Assembly (NCBI GenBank): GCA_019241535.1
Contig: JAFAWX010000145.1
Coordinates: 1 to 57,731 of the forward strand
From: Acidobacteriota bacterium
GTDB taxonomy: Bacteria > Acidobacteriota > Terriglobia > Terriglobales > Acidobacteriaceae
Length of the DNA stretch: 57,731 bases
Direction: 5' to 3'
The notes under the pieces were generated by a model that was not told the DNA's origin, did not search any database, and was given only the letters and a program-made list of their open reading frames with translations. Positions 8,343 through 17,285 of the stretch are shown here, one piece after another; position 1 is the stretch's first letter, and every line of letters begins with the position of its first letter. The translations under genes and the position numbers were made by a program.

Positions 8343-9029
8343 TCAGATTCCGGCTGCCAGCTTAGCAACCACGATGAGCCTCTTCGGCGCCGGTCCTATA
8401 GCATTGGCGGGATAGCAGGTGATGAGGGTAATTTCGCTCTCCTTGCTGGCGCGCAACACCGACAGGTCGTACGGGCGCACGACTCTGCGCGAGCGTACCA
8501 CGTAATGGAAACGCTTGCCGCTTCGCAGAATGTATAAATCGTCTCCGTATTTCAAGCGGTGAATGTGGCGGAAAAACGTGTCACGGTGGCCGGCAATGAC
8601 AGCATTGCCGGGATCTCCGGGTAGGGCCGAGCCGGCCAGATGAGCGGGTCCGAGCAGCAGGGAATGCCGCGACGCCCCCTCGAGTACCACGTCCTCGAGG
8701 TGGATCTTCGGTATCGACAGTTTGGTCTGGGTTTGTGCCGAGGCCTGCCCCCTGCTCCAGCGGTCCAGCAGCATTCGCTGTTCCAGGTACATCCAGGCAT
8801 AGGTGGCAGCCACGAAGGTTGACAGAACCGCGCCGGTAAAGATCAATAGGTAAGAGAGAGCCTGCCGCCGACTTCCGAGTTTTTGAACCAGCTGCTCAGC
8901 CCAGGTAAGCTTCTGGCGGGCCCGCGACAGCTCAGATTTCAGGACAATTGAGCAGTTCGGGACCTGTTGGCGAGGCTTCCGAAGAACGCTGGTCCCATGG
9001 ACCTGCATATCAAAATCAGCGCCGTGCAA
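8343..9029 (-). CDS. Sortase-family transpeptidase (Gram-negative dedicated type)
   Basis: N-terminal TM segment ALSYLLIFTGAVLSTFVAATYAW; catalytic His in VIAGHRDTFF; Cys in EITLITCYP; Arg in KRLIVVA. The start may instead be the internal ATG at 9008. Confidence 0.8.
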   Translation of the reverse strand: MHGADFDMQVHGTSVLRKPRQQVPNCSIVLKSELSRARQKLTWAEQLVQKLGSRRQALSYLLIFTGAVLSTFVAATYAWMYLEQRMLLDRWSRGQASAQTQTKLSIPKIHLEDVVLEGASRHSLLLGPAHLAGSALPGDPGNAVIAGHRDTFFRHIHRLKYGDDLYILRSGKRFHYVVRSRRVVRPYDLSVLRASKESEITLITCYPANAIGPAPKRLIVVAKLAAGI

Positions 9030-9345
9030 ATAATCCGGCCACCAGCGACCCCAGTCCGATCAGGCCGAGAAGGGGAAGGATCGTTGAGGTCTGCGGCAGT
9101 GGCGCGCTGTCCTGGCCAAGGTTCTCGTCCACTGCTTCGATGCGTTTCGTGCGATCAGTCGCTCTAGGTACCTGGCTCCCTGCTGACGCCGTACCGGAGC
9201 CCGGGCTCGAGTTGCCGAGAGCGGCCGGCAAAGCCGCCACAATCCCACTAGGTCCGAGTGCGACTGCTCGGGCACTCGCCTGCCGGGCGGGCGCCAGGGA
9301 GACGGCCAGCAATGCCGCCCCTAAAAACACCATCGCTCTTGTCAC
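9016..9345 (-). CDS. Small secreted protein with C-terminal sortase sorting signal (LPQTST + TM + ARR)
   Basis: Signal peptide MTRAMVFLGAALLAVSLAPARQASA; LPQTST encoded at 9082-9099; hydrophobic ILPLLGLIGLGSLVAGLF and basic tail ARR. Lies immediately upstream of, and overlapping, the sortase gene. Confidence 0.6.
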   Translation of the reverse strand: MTRAMVFLGAALLAVSLAPARQASARAVALGPSGIVAALPAALGNSSPGSGTASAGSQVPRATDRTKRIEAVDENLGQDSAPLPQTSTILPLLGLIGLGSLVAGLFARR

Positions 9346-9468
9346 GCACGCCTCCGCTATTACGATTGAATAAAACCTAAGCCGCTCGATTGCCGATATC
9401 TATCAGGTGATCGCCTTAAGAGAACCAGAGACTTCGGGTAAGAGGACTAGGAGTGCTCAAGAAGTTGG

Positions 9469-11631
9469 CTAGAGCGTCGCAACGACCTCTACTTCTCCCT
9501 GCTTTTCAAGCACCTGTACCCGCACGGTGTCAATCTCGCGCTCAAACAGCAGGTCAACCGATGCCTCGCCTACACGCAGTCCGCGGATGGAAAGCTGGGG
9601 AATTCCCTCGGGCAGTAAGGGACGGTTGAAGACCACCCGCCCCTGGCTACCCTCTACGCTGAGCCCAAGACAGGCCTGGACGACCAGAAAGGGGGCGGCC
9701 GAGGCCCAGGCCTGGGGCGAGCAGGCTACTGGATAAAGCGTCGGACCCTCCCCGGGCCGGCGCTCGAGCCCGCAGAAAAGCTCCGGCAGGCGGTGGAGTT
9801 CGAGCGTGTTGCTTGCGTCAACCAGCGCCAGCAGGATCTTGCCCGCCAGGCTTTTTAACCCGTAGCGCGCCAACCCGCTTGCAATTAACGCGTTGTCATG
9901 CGGCCAAATGGAACCGTTGTGGTAGGACAAGGGGTTGTAGCGAACCTCGCCGCTCGCCAGCGTACGGATTCCCCATCCGCTATAGAAATCGGGGGAAAAA
10001 AGCGAGTGGGCGACCGCTTTGCCCCGATCGGCACGGGCAATGCCGGAGTAGAGGCAGTGGCCCGCGTTAGAGGACCGGACCCTGCAGGGGCGCTTCTTGC
10101 CGTCAAGAGCAAGGGCGTAGGTGTTGAGGTCTTTCAACCAGAAGGCCTCCTCGAATTTCTCCTTCAGCGCGGCCGCCTGCTTCTCAAGCGTCGCCGTGGC
10201 GCGCGTGTCTCCGAGATGCGCGCTCAGACGGGCGGCGGCCAGCTTGGCGGCATAAACATAGCCCTGAACCTCGCAGAGCGCGATAGGAGGCTCGGCCAGA
10301 GTGCCGTCGCTGTGGAAAATGGAATCGTTAGAGTCCTTCCATCCCTGCTGTACCAGGCCGCGGTCGCCATGCGAGGCATACTCCACAAAGCCATCGCCGT
10401 CGCGGTCGCCATACTTGTCGATCCAGTCAAGCGCTGCTTGAAGATTTGGCCAGATCTGCTCGATCAGAGCGCGGTCGCCGGTGCGCTCGTAATAGGCTCC
10501 CGCTAGCACGAGAAACAGCGGAGTTGCGTCGACCGTGCCGTAATAGCGGGCGAAGGGAATTTCGTTGAGATTGGCCATCTCGCCATGGCGGAGTTCGTGG
10601 AGAATCTTTCCCGGCTCGGCCTCGCTCGCCGGGTCGACGTCGATGGCCTGGGTGCTCGAGAGAAATTCAAGTACACCCCTGGCAAGTGAAGGCTCTGCCC
10701 AAAGCATTTCGAGTGCGGTGATAATTCCATCGCGGCCAAAGACGGTGCTGAACCAGGGTATGCCGGCGTAGGGATAGTTGGTCTCCGGGTTTCCGACGGT
10801 CATCACCTGCACGTCGGCGCAGGAGCGCTTGATGCAATCGTTGAAGCGTGAATTGGAACTTGAGACCCGGGGCAGAAGCCGGCTGAGGGACTGCATCTCC
10901 GATTCCACCCGTCGCATGGCCTGGGGATGGGCGAGTTCCTGGGGACGCGAGGAGCGATTTTCGCAGACAACGATGAAGGCAAGCGTCATTTCCCCCTTGG
11001 GCTCGAGCTCAATTCGAAACCGCATCTCTTTATCCGAGATCTCGTCCGGCCCGGGAACGGAGCGAATGCGCGTGCGGCGTAGAATCCCGTCCAGCCCGTC
11101 ACAACCTAGTACGACGTAGTCGGCGCCGATTTCCGGCTCGAGCATCCGGCCCGAGCGTTCCCGAACCATGCCTCGCACTTCAAAAATGTCATTGAAGTCC
11201 GCGGCATAAGAAATAGTCATGGGAACAGACAGCGCCTCCATCCCGTAATTGACGAATTTGAATTCCTCGTAGCTCGCTCCCCGCCACAGGAACTTCGAGC
11301 GCAGCAGGTGAAGGCTGCCGCGATGAATGACGACCGTATTTCCCCGGGAAACGTCGAGATTGGCAAGATCCGCGGTAAAGAGAAAATTGCTCGGCTCGAT
11401 GGTTGAGCTCAGCAGCAGGGGGCGCTCGTTCCACAGCCGCACTTCGAGCTCCGACAAATAGCGGGTGCCTTCGGAGAAAATCCCCTGCTCACCCAGACCG
11501 CGCCGGCGGATGTCTCCCAGGCGGTCAAAAACCGCAAACATCGTGCCGTACTTCAGAACACGGGGGCGATCGTCGGCGGGGGCCGACTTGGTGGCTATGT
11601 AGTACTGCTGGGAGACGTTAACTTCATCCAA
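9469..11631 (-). CDS. Amylo-alpha-1,6-glucosidase family protein (glycogen-debranching-enzyme N- and C-domain type)
   Basis: YAGIPWFSTVFGRDGIITALE, VQQGWKDSNDS, YHNGSIWPHDN; about 720 aa. Confidence 0.8.
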   Translation of the reverse strand: MDEVNVSQQYYIATKSAPADDRPRVLKYGTMFAVFDRLGDIRRRGLGEQGIFSEGTRYLSELEVRLWNERPLLLSSTIEPSNFLFTADLANLDVSRGNTVVIHRGSLHLLRSKFLWRGASYEEFKFVNYGMEALSVPMTISYAADFNDIFEVRGMVRERSGRMLEPEIGADYVVLGCDGLDGILRRTRIRSVPGPDEISDKEMRFRIELEPKGEMTLAFIVVCENRSSRPQELAHPQAMRRVESEMQSLSRLLPRVSSSNSRFNDCIKRSCADVQVMTVGNPETNYPYAGIPWFSTVFGRDGIITALEMLWAEPSLARGVLEFLSSTQAIDVDPASEAEPGKILHELRHGEMANLNEIPFARYYGTVDATPLFLVLAGAYYERTGDRALIEQIWPNLQAALDWIDKYGDRDGDGFVEYASHGDRGLVQQGWKDSNDSIFHSDGTLAEPPIALCEVQGYVYAAKLAAARLSAHLGDTRATATLEKQAAALKEKFEEAFWLKDLNTYALALDGKKRPCRVRSSNAGHCLYSGIARADRGKAVAHSLFSPDFYSGWGIRTLASGEVRYNPLSYHNGSIWPHDNALIASGLARYGLKSLAGKILLALVDASNTLELHRLPELFCGLERRPGEGPTLYPVACSPQAWASAAPFLVVQACLGLSVEGSQGRVVFNRPLLPEGIPQLSIRGLRVGEASVDLLFEREIDTVRVQVLEKQGEVEVVATL

Positions 11632-12692
11632 TTCAAAACTCCATCCCGAACGGCAACCGGAGTCTTTTTGCGGGCCAGCATTCGTTCGTAGATCCTGAGA
11701 TAGTCCTGGGTCATGCGACCCACGGTAAAGTGCTGCTCGAAGTATTTCCGGATTCTCTTGCGGTCGAGGCTCCCGAGCTTGGCGATGGCCTCAACCGCAC
11801 TCTCGACGTCAGGGACGATGAAACCAGTAGTGCCGTCCTTCATGACCTCGGGGACCGATCCGAATGGATAGGCGATCACCGGAGTGCCGCAAGCCATGGC
11901 CTCGATCATGACAATTCCGAAGGGCTCCGGCCAGGCAATGGGAAATAGAACCCCAAGGGCTTCGCCCAGAAAGCGGTTCTTCTCCGGATAGCCGATCTCT
12001 CCCAGGAATTCGATGTCAGGCGAATTCAGCAGCGGCTTGATGCAGGCGTCGAAGTATTCCTGATCCACCTTGTCAATTTTGGCCGCAATTTTGAGCGGCA
12101 GGCCAGCCCTTTGGGCAATTTCAATGGCGCGGTCCAGACCCTTCTCGGGCGAGGTACGGCCGAGGAAGGCCAGATACTTTCCTTCGGCGCGGTAAGGTTT
12201 GAAGAGTTCGGGCGGGAGCCCGTGCAGGACGGTTCCCTGCCAGTTCAACTGAGGCAGAGGGTCGCGCTGCGAATCGGAGATCGAGACCACCGGCATTTCC
12301 GAGTACACGTCGTAAAGCGGCACAAGGTCGGGGATGTCCAGGCGGCCGTGCAGGGTGGTCACCGCCGTGCAGTTCTCGCGCGAGCTGATAGGAAAATGCA
12401 AATAGTCGATATGGAAGTGGAGCAGGTCGAAGTCGTCCTTCTCCCGCCAAACCTTCTCGAGCATGACGAAGTGATGAGCCAGATGGTCTATACTGCCGCT
12501 TGCCAGACGCAGCGATTGCGGGCAGCCGGCGACCAACCTCGCCTGTGTCATTGAATCACCGCTGGCAAAAAGCGTCACCTCGTGGCCCTGGCGTACCAGC
12601 TCCTCAGTCAGCCACGACACGACTCGCTCCGTGCCGCCGTAGGTTTTCGGTGGAACACTCTCGAACAGGGGCGCGATTTGTGCAATTCTCAT
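11595..12692 (-). CDS. Glycosyltransferase family 4 (GT-B, group 1)
   Basis: MRIAQIAPLFESVPPKTYGGTERVV at the N-terminus; EPFGIVMIEAMACGTPVIA (E-x7-E); 37-nt overlap with the downstream glucosidase gene. Confidence 0.8.
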   Translation of the reverse strand: MRIAQIAPLFESVPPKTYGGTERVVSWLTEELVRQGHEVTLFASGDSMTQARLVAGCPQSLRLASGSIDHLAHHFVMLEKVWREKDDFDLLHFHIDYLHFPISSRENCTAVTTLHGRLDIPDLVPLYDVYSEMPVVSISDSQRDPLPQLNWQGTVLHGLPPELFKPYRAEGKYLAFLGRTSPEKGLDRAIEIAQRAGLPLKIAAKIDKVDQEYFDACIKPLLNSPDIEFLGEIGYPEKNRFLGEALGVLFPIAWPEPFGIVMIEAMACGTPVIAYPFGSVPEVMKDGTTGFIVPDVESAVEAIAKLGSLDRKRIRKYFEQHFTVGRMTQDYLRIYERMLARKKTPVAVRDGVLNWMKLTSPSSTT

Positions 12693-12927
12693 TTCCCGGA
12701 TCCCACCCGTCGAATAGAGCTAGGTTGTTCGACCACTGGACTGGATCGTCTCCCGTTTGAAATCTTTTAGGACCGTGAAAGGTGGAAGCACTCAGCCGAG
12801 GCGGCGAGCGCAGGTAAATTGCGATACAACAGTAGTTTACAAGTAAATGTCTCGGTTCGCCATCCGGTGGATTCTGTAGCTCGGGCTAGGGCCTTGGTCC
12901 TTGGGGGCGAGCGCCGGGCGGCTTGCT

Positions 12928-14043
12928 TTACCAGACGCCTTTGTCGTTTCCTGTGAGGCGAAAGGCCACTAGGGCGGAGATAGCGAGCGGCGGCAGCAGG
13001 GGAAGTCGGGAGATGGCGCGCACGTCGCGATGGCGGCCGGCACTCAGCAATTGCGAGCCGTAAAGCCCGGCGGCAGGGCCCATGGGCACGCGTAGGAAGT
13101 TGTTGCGAAATTCGACGCGAACGTCGGGCGAGTAGCTGGAATCTGCCACCTCTCGAGGCAAGATCATCGAGCCGCCGTAGTCGTTGATGTATTCCGATAT
13201 GAGCATGAGAAAAGTGGCCGCGCCCGGCCAGATTCCAGCGAGTTCGGCTGCGCGGCGAAGCTCAGTGAAGTTCACGCTTCCGCTTCGCACTAGCGCGGCT
13301 ACATCGGCCATATCGCAAAGCCGAAAATAAAAATGCCGGTACATGCGTTGCAGGGTAGAAATCAGAATTCGCTCTTCCGGCGCGGGCACCGGGAAGCTGC
13401 GGCCGTTCACGGTTTTCATCACCCGCCGCGCCACGACTCGCTCGGCGAGCAGTTTGTGCTCGCCCGTTTGTCCGAGGTAGCGGACGTGAATTTCTACCAG
13501 CTCGGGAAGGCCTGGAACGCGGAAGTTCCATTTGTAGGCCAGCCGGTCCCCCCAGCTGCGGGGCTCAAGCTTCGCACCAAGCTTTTCCTTCATCACCCCG
13601 AGAACCTTCCGGGGAGAGCCGCTGGTATAGAGATCGAGATCGGAACCTAAATCCGGCCAGTGGTCGAGCGATTTGATCACCGCCACCGGACACCCTGACA
13701 TCTCAAGCGCCTGAACGATCGCGTACAGCCACTCGACCGCCTGCCAGATGCGTCGTCTCTCGCTCTCGCGGGCGCGCTTTGCCCGTTCCTGTACATCTCT
13801 GCGACGCGCCGCTTCGGCCAGCTGCTCGATGACGCGCAATGCGCGCACAGATACATGATGCATGTCGGCCAGCTTCAGCAGGGCATCGAATCTTTCCGCG
13901 CTCATGGCGGCTACTTTCTGGAGGTCTCCGCCAAGATGGGAAAGCTCTGCCACAGGTGCGCAAAAATCTGCACTGTAAGCCTGAATTACGAGCCTTGAAA
14001 GTAAACAGATGTCGTTGTCAGCAGTGCCGCGAGATTCGTCCAT
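12928..14043 (-). CDS. Uncharacterised nucleotidyltransferase family protein (PF14907-like)
   Basis: VAVIKSLDHWPDLGSDLDLYTS resembles the pol-beta-fold NTase core of this family. No closer match recognised. Confidence 0.5.
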   Translation of the reverse strand: MDESRGTADNDICLLSRLVIQAYSADFCAPVAELSHLGGDLQKVAAMSAERFDALLKLADMHHVSVRALRVIEQLAEAARRRDVQERAKRARESERRRIWQAVEWLYAIVQALEMSGCPVAVIKSLDHWPDLGSDLDLYTSGSPRKVLGVMKEKLGAKLEPRSWGDRLAYKWNFRVPGLPELVEIHVRYLGQTGEHKLLAERVVARRVMKTVNGRSFPVPAPEERILISTLQRMYRHFYFRLCDMADVAALVRSGSVNFTELRRAAELAGIWPGAATFLMLISEYINDYGGSMILPREVADSSYSPDVRVEFRNNFLRVPMGPAAGLYGSQLLSAGRHRDVRAISRLPLLPPLAISALVAFRLTGNDKGVW

Positions 14044-14499
14044 AATTCAGGAGCTCTACTTCCGTGCACTTCGATGTGAGCACCTCTGGCAAGGTTGGTC
14101 ACCGACCGTGTCTCGCCGCGTTAGCTGAGTGCGACGATGGCAATGGGCATTTTTCGCTTTTGGTCCCCTTCGTGCTCGTCCCCGCTTGCGTGGTAATGAA
14201 AACAAGTTTACGCGTACGGTGTTGATAGCTAATAAAAGAGTTCGACGGTGCGCCATTGCCGCCTTGCCGGACCCTGTCCGGCAGTGCCTGCAGGGGCCTA
14301 CACGCTTCATTCGATTCTCATCCGCGCCCCGCGAACCGAGCCGTATTGATCGCTTGTACGCCGCTTCCGGCGCGGGAATCGGAGGAGGTGTCGATCGCTC
14401 TCGGGAGCAACCCGGGAGTACATTTAGCGAGCTGTTCAGGCTACTCTGCAGCCAACGCCTTGGGGTAGCTTGCCATCCAATGCCGCAGAGGGATAGATA

Positions 14500-15591
14500 G
14501 TGTCGGAGACCGCGATCCTAGTAGTGGGCAGCCAGTCTTTATTTCCTTCGACTTGCGAATCCTTATTCCCGGGAGACTCCCAGCCGGAAGCTCCACTTGC
14601 CTGCCTGGATATTCTGGGCGCAAGCCTCCTCGAGCGCACGGCAGAACGTTTCGAGAGATCCGGCGTGAGCCGTATCCGGGTTGTCGCCGAGAACCGTTTG
14701 GCGCGATTCATTCCCTGGCGGCTCCGCAAGCGCATCTCCTGGCTTGCAAGCCCCGCCGATGAGGCGGAGGCGGTCGACCGGATAAGCCATGAGGAGGCCC
14801 GCAGGGGGATAAAGACCCTGCTGCTGGTCGGGGTGGGCCCCTATGTGGAATTTGAGCTGGCCGAGATCTTGCACTTTCACCATACGCAGCGAGCTGTCTC
14901 GACGGTCGTGTGTGACCGAGAGGGCGCTCTGCCTTTTTGGGTCTTCAGCGCCGGCGATGCCTCTCGCAGCGCGCTTTTTGGCGGCTCAGACAGCGCGGCC
15001 GCCTCCTTTCCGCTGAATGGCTATACCAATCGCCTGGCCGATCCCGCCCAACTTCGACGGCTGATAGCTGATGCCTTTGAAGGACGCTGCGGCTTCGGGC
15101 CGCGCGGCCGGCAAATTCAGTCCGGCATATGGCTCGGCGACGGCGCCCGGATCCATCGCGACGCACAGTTGATAGCTCCGGTCTATATCGGGACCAAGGC
15201 GCGCCTGCACGCATCGGCCGTGGTGGCGCAGTTTTCCCATGTGGAATGCCGCAGCGTCGTCGGCTATGGATCGGTGGTCGAACGCTCTTCGGTTTTCCCC
15301 TACACCCATGTGGGGCGAGGGCTCGAAGTGTTCAACGCCCTCGTAGATGGCGGCAAACTGCTGAGCCTTCATCGCAACGTGGCGGTCGAGGTCAACGATG
15401 CCACCATTCTCTCAAAGATTGAACCGTGGCGCCTGATGCGCTTCTCGCGGAGGCCCGGACGGGGCGCGGCAACGGCTGGAGAAGTTATGGGCCGGCCGAA
15501 TCTCACTCCGGCACCGGTTCCGGTTTACGTTGGTTCTTCAAAGGAGCGGCATGCACAGTGGGAAACCTGCAATCGTGAAGCAGTTACCTGA
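14500..15591 (+). CDS. NDP-sugar pyrophosphorylase-like protein with C-terminal left-handed beta-helix; degenerate nucleotide-binding motif
   Basis: Hexapeptide repeats IWLGDGARIHRDAQLIAPVYIGTKARLHASAVV...VVGYGSVVERSSV. The N-terminal AILVVGSQSLFP sits in place of the canonical GGxGTRLxP. GTG start. Confidence 0.5.
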   Translation: MSETAILVVGSQSLFPSTCESLFPGDSQPEAPLACLDILGASLLERTAERFERSGVSRIRVVAENRLARFIPWRLRKRISWLASPADEAEAVDRISHEEARRGIKTLLLVGVGPYVEFELAEILHFHHTQRAVSTVVCDREGALPFWVFSAGDASRSALFGGSDSAAASFPLNGYTNRLADPAQLRRLIADAFEGRCGFGPRGRQIQSGIWLGDGARIHRDAQLIAPVYIGTKARLHASAVVAQFSHVECRSVVGYGSVVERSSVFPYTHVGRGLEVFNALVDGGKLLSLHRNVAVEVNDATILSKIEPWRLMRFSRRPGRGAATAGEVMGRPNLTPAPVPVYVGSSKERHAQWETCNREAVT

Positions 15592-15958
15592 GCGGTTGGT
15601 GAAGGGTGAACTGGAGCCGTTCTGCCGCGACTTCGCGGCCCTGCTCCGCGCCGAGCGCCCCCGGCTGGTACTGGATTTTTCTCGAGTACAGGAAATTGAC
15701 CGCTTTGGTGCGGAAACCCTTCTCGCCTGGCTGAAACACGCGCTCAAGGCTAATGGAGACATTAAGCTGGCGGCGCTTGCGGGGGCTCCGGAGCTCATTC
15801 TTGAACTGACCGGCGTTGGCCGGGTCTTTGAAGCCTATCCGACCGTCTTTGAAGCCGTGCAAAGCTTTCACGGCTATCCAAACGACGCCCGTCCGGTCGA
15901 TGAATTCTGGCCAGCGGCCGAGGAACATGCGGGTTATGGGCTGCGCATCGCCAACTGA
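15551..15958 (+). CDS. STAS-domain protein (anti-sigma-factor-antagonist-like)
   Basis: LVLDFSRVQEIDRFGAETLLAWLKHALKANGDIKLAALAGAPELILELTGVGRVFEAYPT. AAGGAG Shine-Dalgarno before the ATG at 15551. Overlaps the upstream gene by 41 nt. Confidence 0.65.
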   Translation: MHSGKPAIVKQLPERLVKGELEPFCRDFAALLRAERPRLVLDFSRVQEIDRFGAETLLAWLKHALKANGDIKLAALAGAPELILELTGVGRVFEAYPTVFEAVQSFHGYPNDARPVDEFWPAAEEHAGYGLRIAN

Positions 15959-15985
15959 AATTCGACTTTCACCACCGGAATTCTT

Positions 15986-16474
15986 ATGACCCGCTACACG
16001 GTTAGAAGAACCATCAGCGAGCGGGCCACGGCCATTTGTCTGGCGGCGGCCTTTGCGCTCTCGTCTGTCCCACTTGCAGCCGCGCAGCAAGCCGCGCCGC
16101 CTCCCTCTCAGGCAACTGCACCCGCGCAACAGCCCGAGCCTACGAACTCGAATGCTCAAAGCAACGGATCAAGTGACGCGCTGCCGGAAACGCCTGGGGC
16201 ATCCCGGGCGGTGAGCGACCAAGCGCCGGCGCCTGGGCAGCAGAAAGGCTCCGGGGCCGAGCAGCAGCCGGTAGGGACGGCGGCTGCCGGAATTGGAAAC
16301 ACGGCAGGCGTGGCCGCCTCGAAACCCGCCGGCGTGGCCATTGCGCCCCCAAAACAACGTCGCGTTCGGCTTCTGGTGATCAAGGTCGGCGCCATCTTGG
16401 GCGCCGGAGCAGCGGTGGGCACGGTAGCGGCCTTGTCGAAGGCCAGCCCCAGCCGACCCCCGGGGGCCCACTAA
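15986..16474 (+). CDS. Low-complexity Ala/Pro/Gln-rich secreted protein with C-terminal hydrophobic segment
   Basis: Signal-like AICLAAAFALSSVPLAAAQ, a disordered middle region, and C-terminal LLVIKVGAILGAGAAVGTVAAL. Fits the gap between neighbouring genes. Confidence 0.45.
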   Translation: MTRYTVRRTISERATAICLAAAFALSSVPLAAAQQAAPPPSQATAPAQQPEPTNSNAQSNGSSDALPETPGASRAVSDQAPAPGQQKGSGAEQQPVGTAAAGIGNTAGVAASKPAGVAIAPPKQRRVRLLVIKVGAILGAGAAVGTVAALSKASPSRPPGAH

Positions 16475-16499
16475 ACCATCGCATAATCTTTATTGGCCG

Positions 16500-17225
16500 A
16501 TGAACAGGCTCAACAATCGCTGCCGCCCCGTTTTTGTGAGTTTCTCCGGAATCGATGGGGCGGGTAAGAGCACGCAGATCAAAAATCTCTGTGCCTTCCT
16601 GAACCAGGCCGGCTTGCGCGTGCGTCTGCTGGCGTTCTGGGATCATATTGCCGGCCTTGCTGGGATTCGGGAGTGGATGAGCCTGCATCTGTTCAAAGGA
16701 GATGCAGGAGTAGGCACCCCGGAAAAACCGGTGAACCGCCGCGACAAGAACGTCGAATCGCCTTACCTGAACACCCTGCGTTTTCTGCTCTACTTTGGGG
16801 ACGCGCTCCGGACGAATCTCCTGACTGCGGGCTTGAAAAAAACCGACTGCGATGTCGTCATATTTGATCGCTATCTTTATGACGAGCTTGCCAACCTTCC
16901 TTTAACGCGGAGCGTCGCCCGGGCCTATTCAGCCCTGGTCGGAAAACTCTGTCCTCGCCCGGATGTCGCATTCCTCGTCGATGCTGACCCGGAAAAGGCA
17001 CGCCGCCGCAAGCCCGAATACCCGCTCGAGTTCCTGAAACGCAACCGCGAGGCTTATTTGAGTTTGAGCAGACTGGTCGGCATGGTGGTCATAGCCGAAG
17101 GACCGGAACAGGAAGTGTCAGCCCGGGTTGCTCAGGAATTGGTCGAGAGGACGAAATCGCAGATCGCCTGGGAGCGCTCGCCCGTTGAGGCGCAACCAGA
17201 GGGCTGTGTTCGTCCCCTGTCCTGA
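16500..17225 (+). CDS. Thymidylate-kinase-like P-loop protein
   Basis: Walker A FSGIDGAGKST and DRYLYDE motif; ~240 aa. Confidence 0.65.
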   Translation: MNRLNNRCRPVFVSFSGIDGAGKSTQIKNLCAFLNQAGLRVRLLAFWDHIAGLAGIREWMSLHLFKGDAGVGTPEKPVNRRDKNVESPYLNTLRFLLYFGDALRTNLLTAGLKKTDCDVVIFDRYLYDELANLPLTRSVARAYSALVGKLCPRPDVAFLVDADPEKARRRKPEYPLEFLKRNREAYLSLSRLVGMVVIAEGPEQEVSARVAQELVERTKSQIAWERSPVEAQPEGCVRPLS

Positions 17226-17285
17226 TCCCCTGACCGCTCGAGATTCCCTCGATCTCGATCCCGAAATTTCGCCTTGAGGCGTAAC

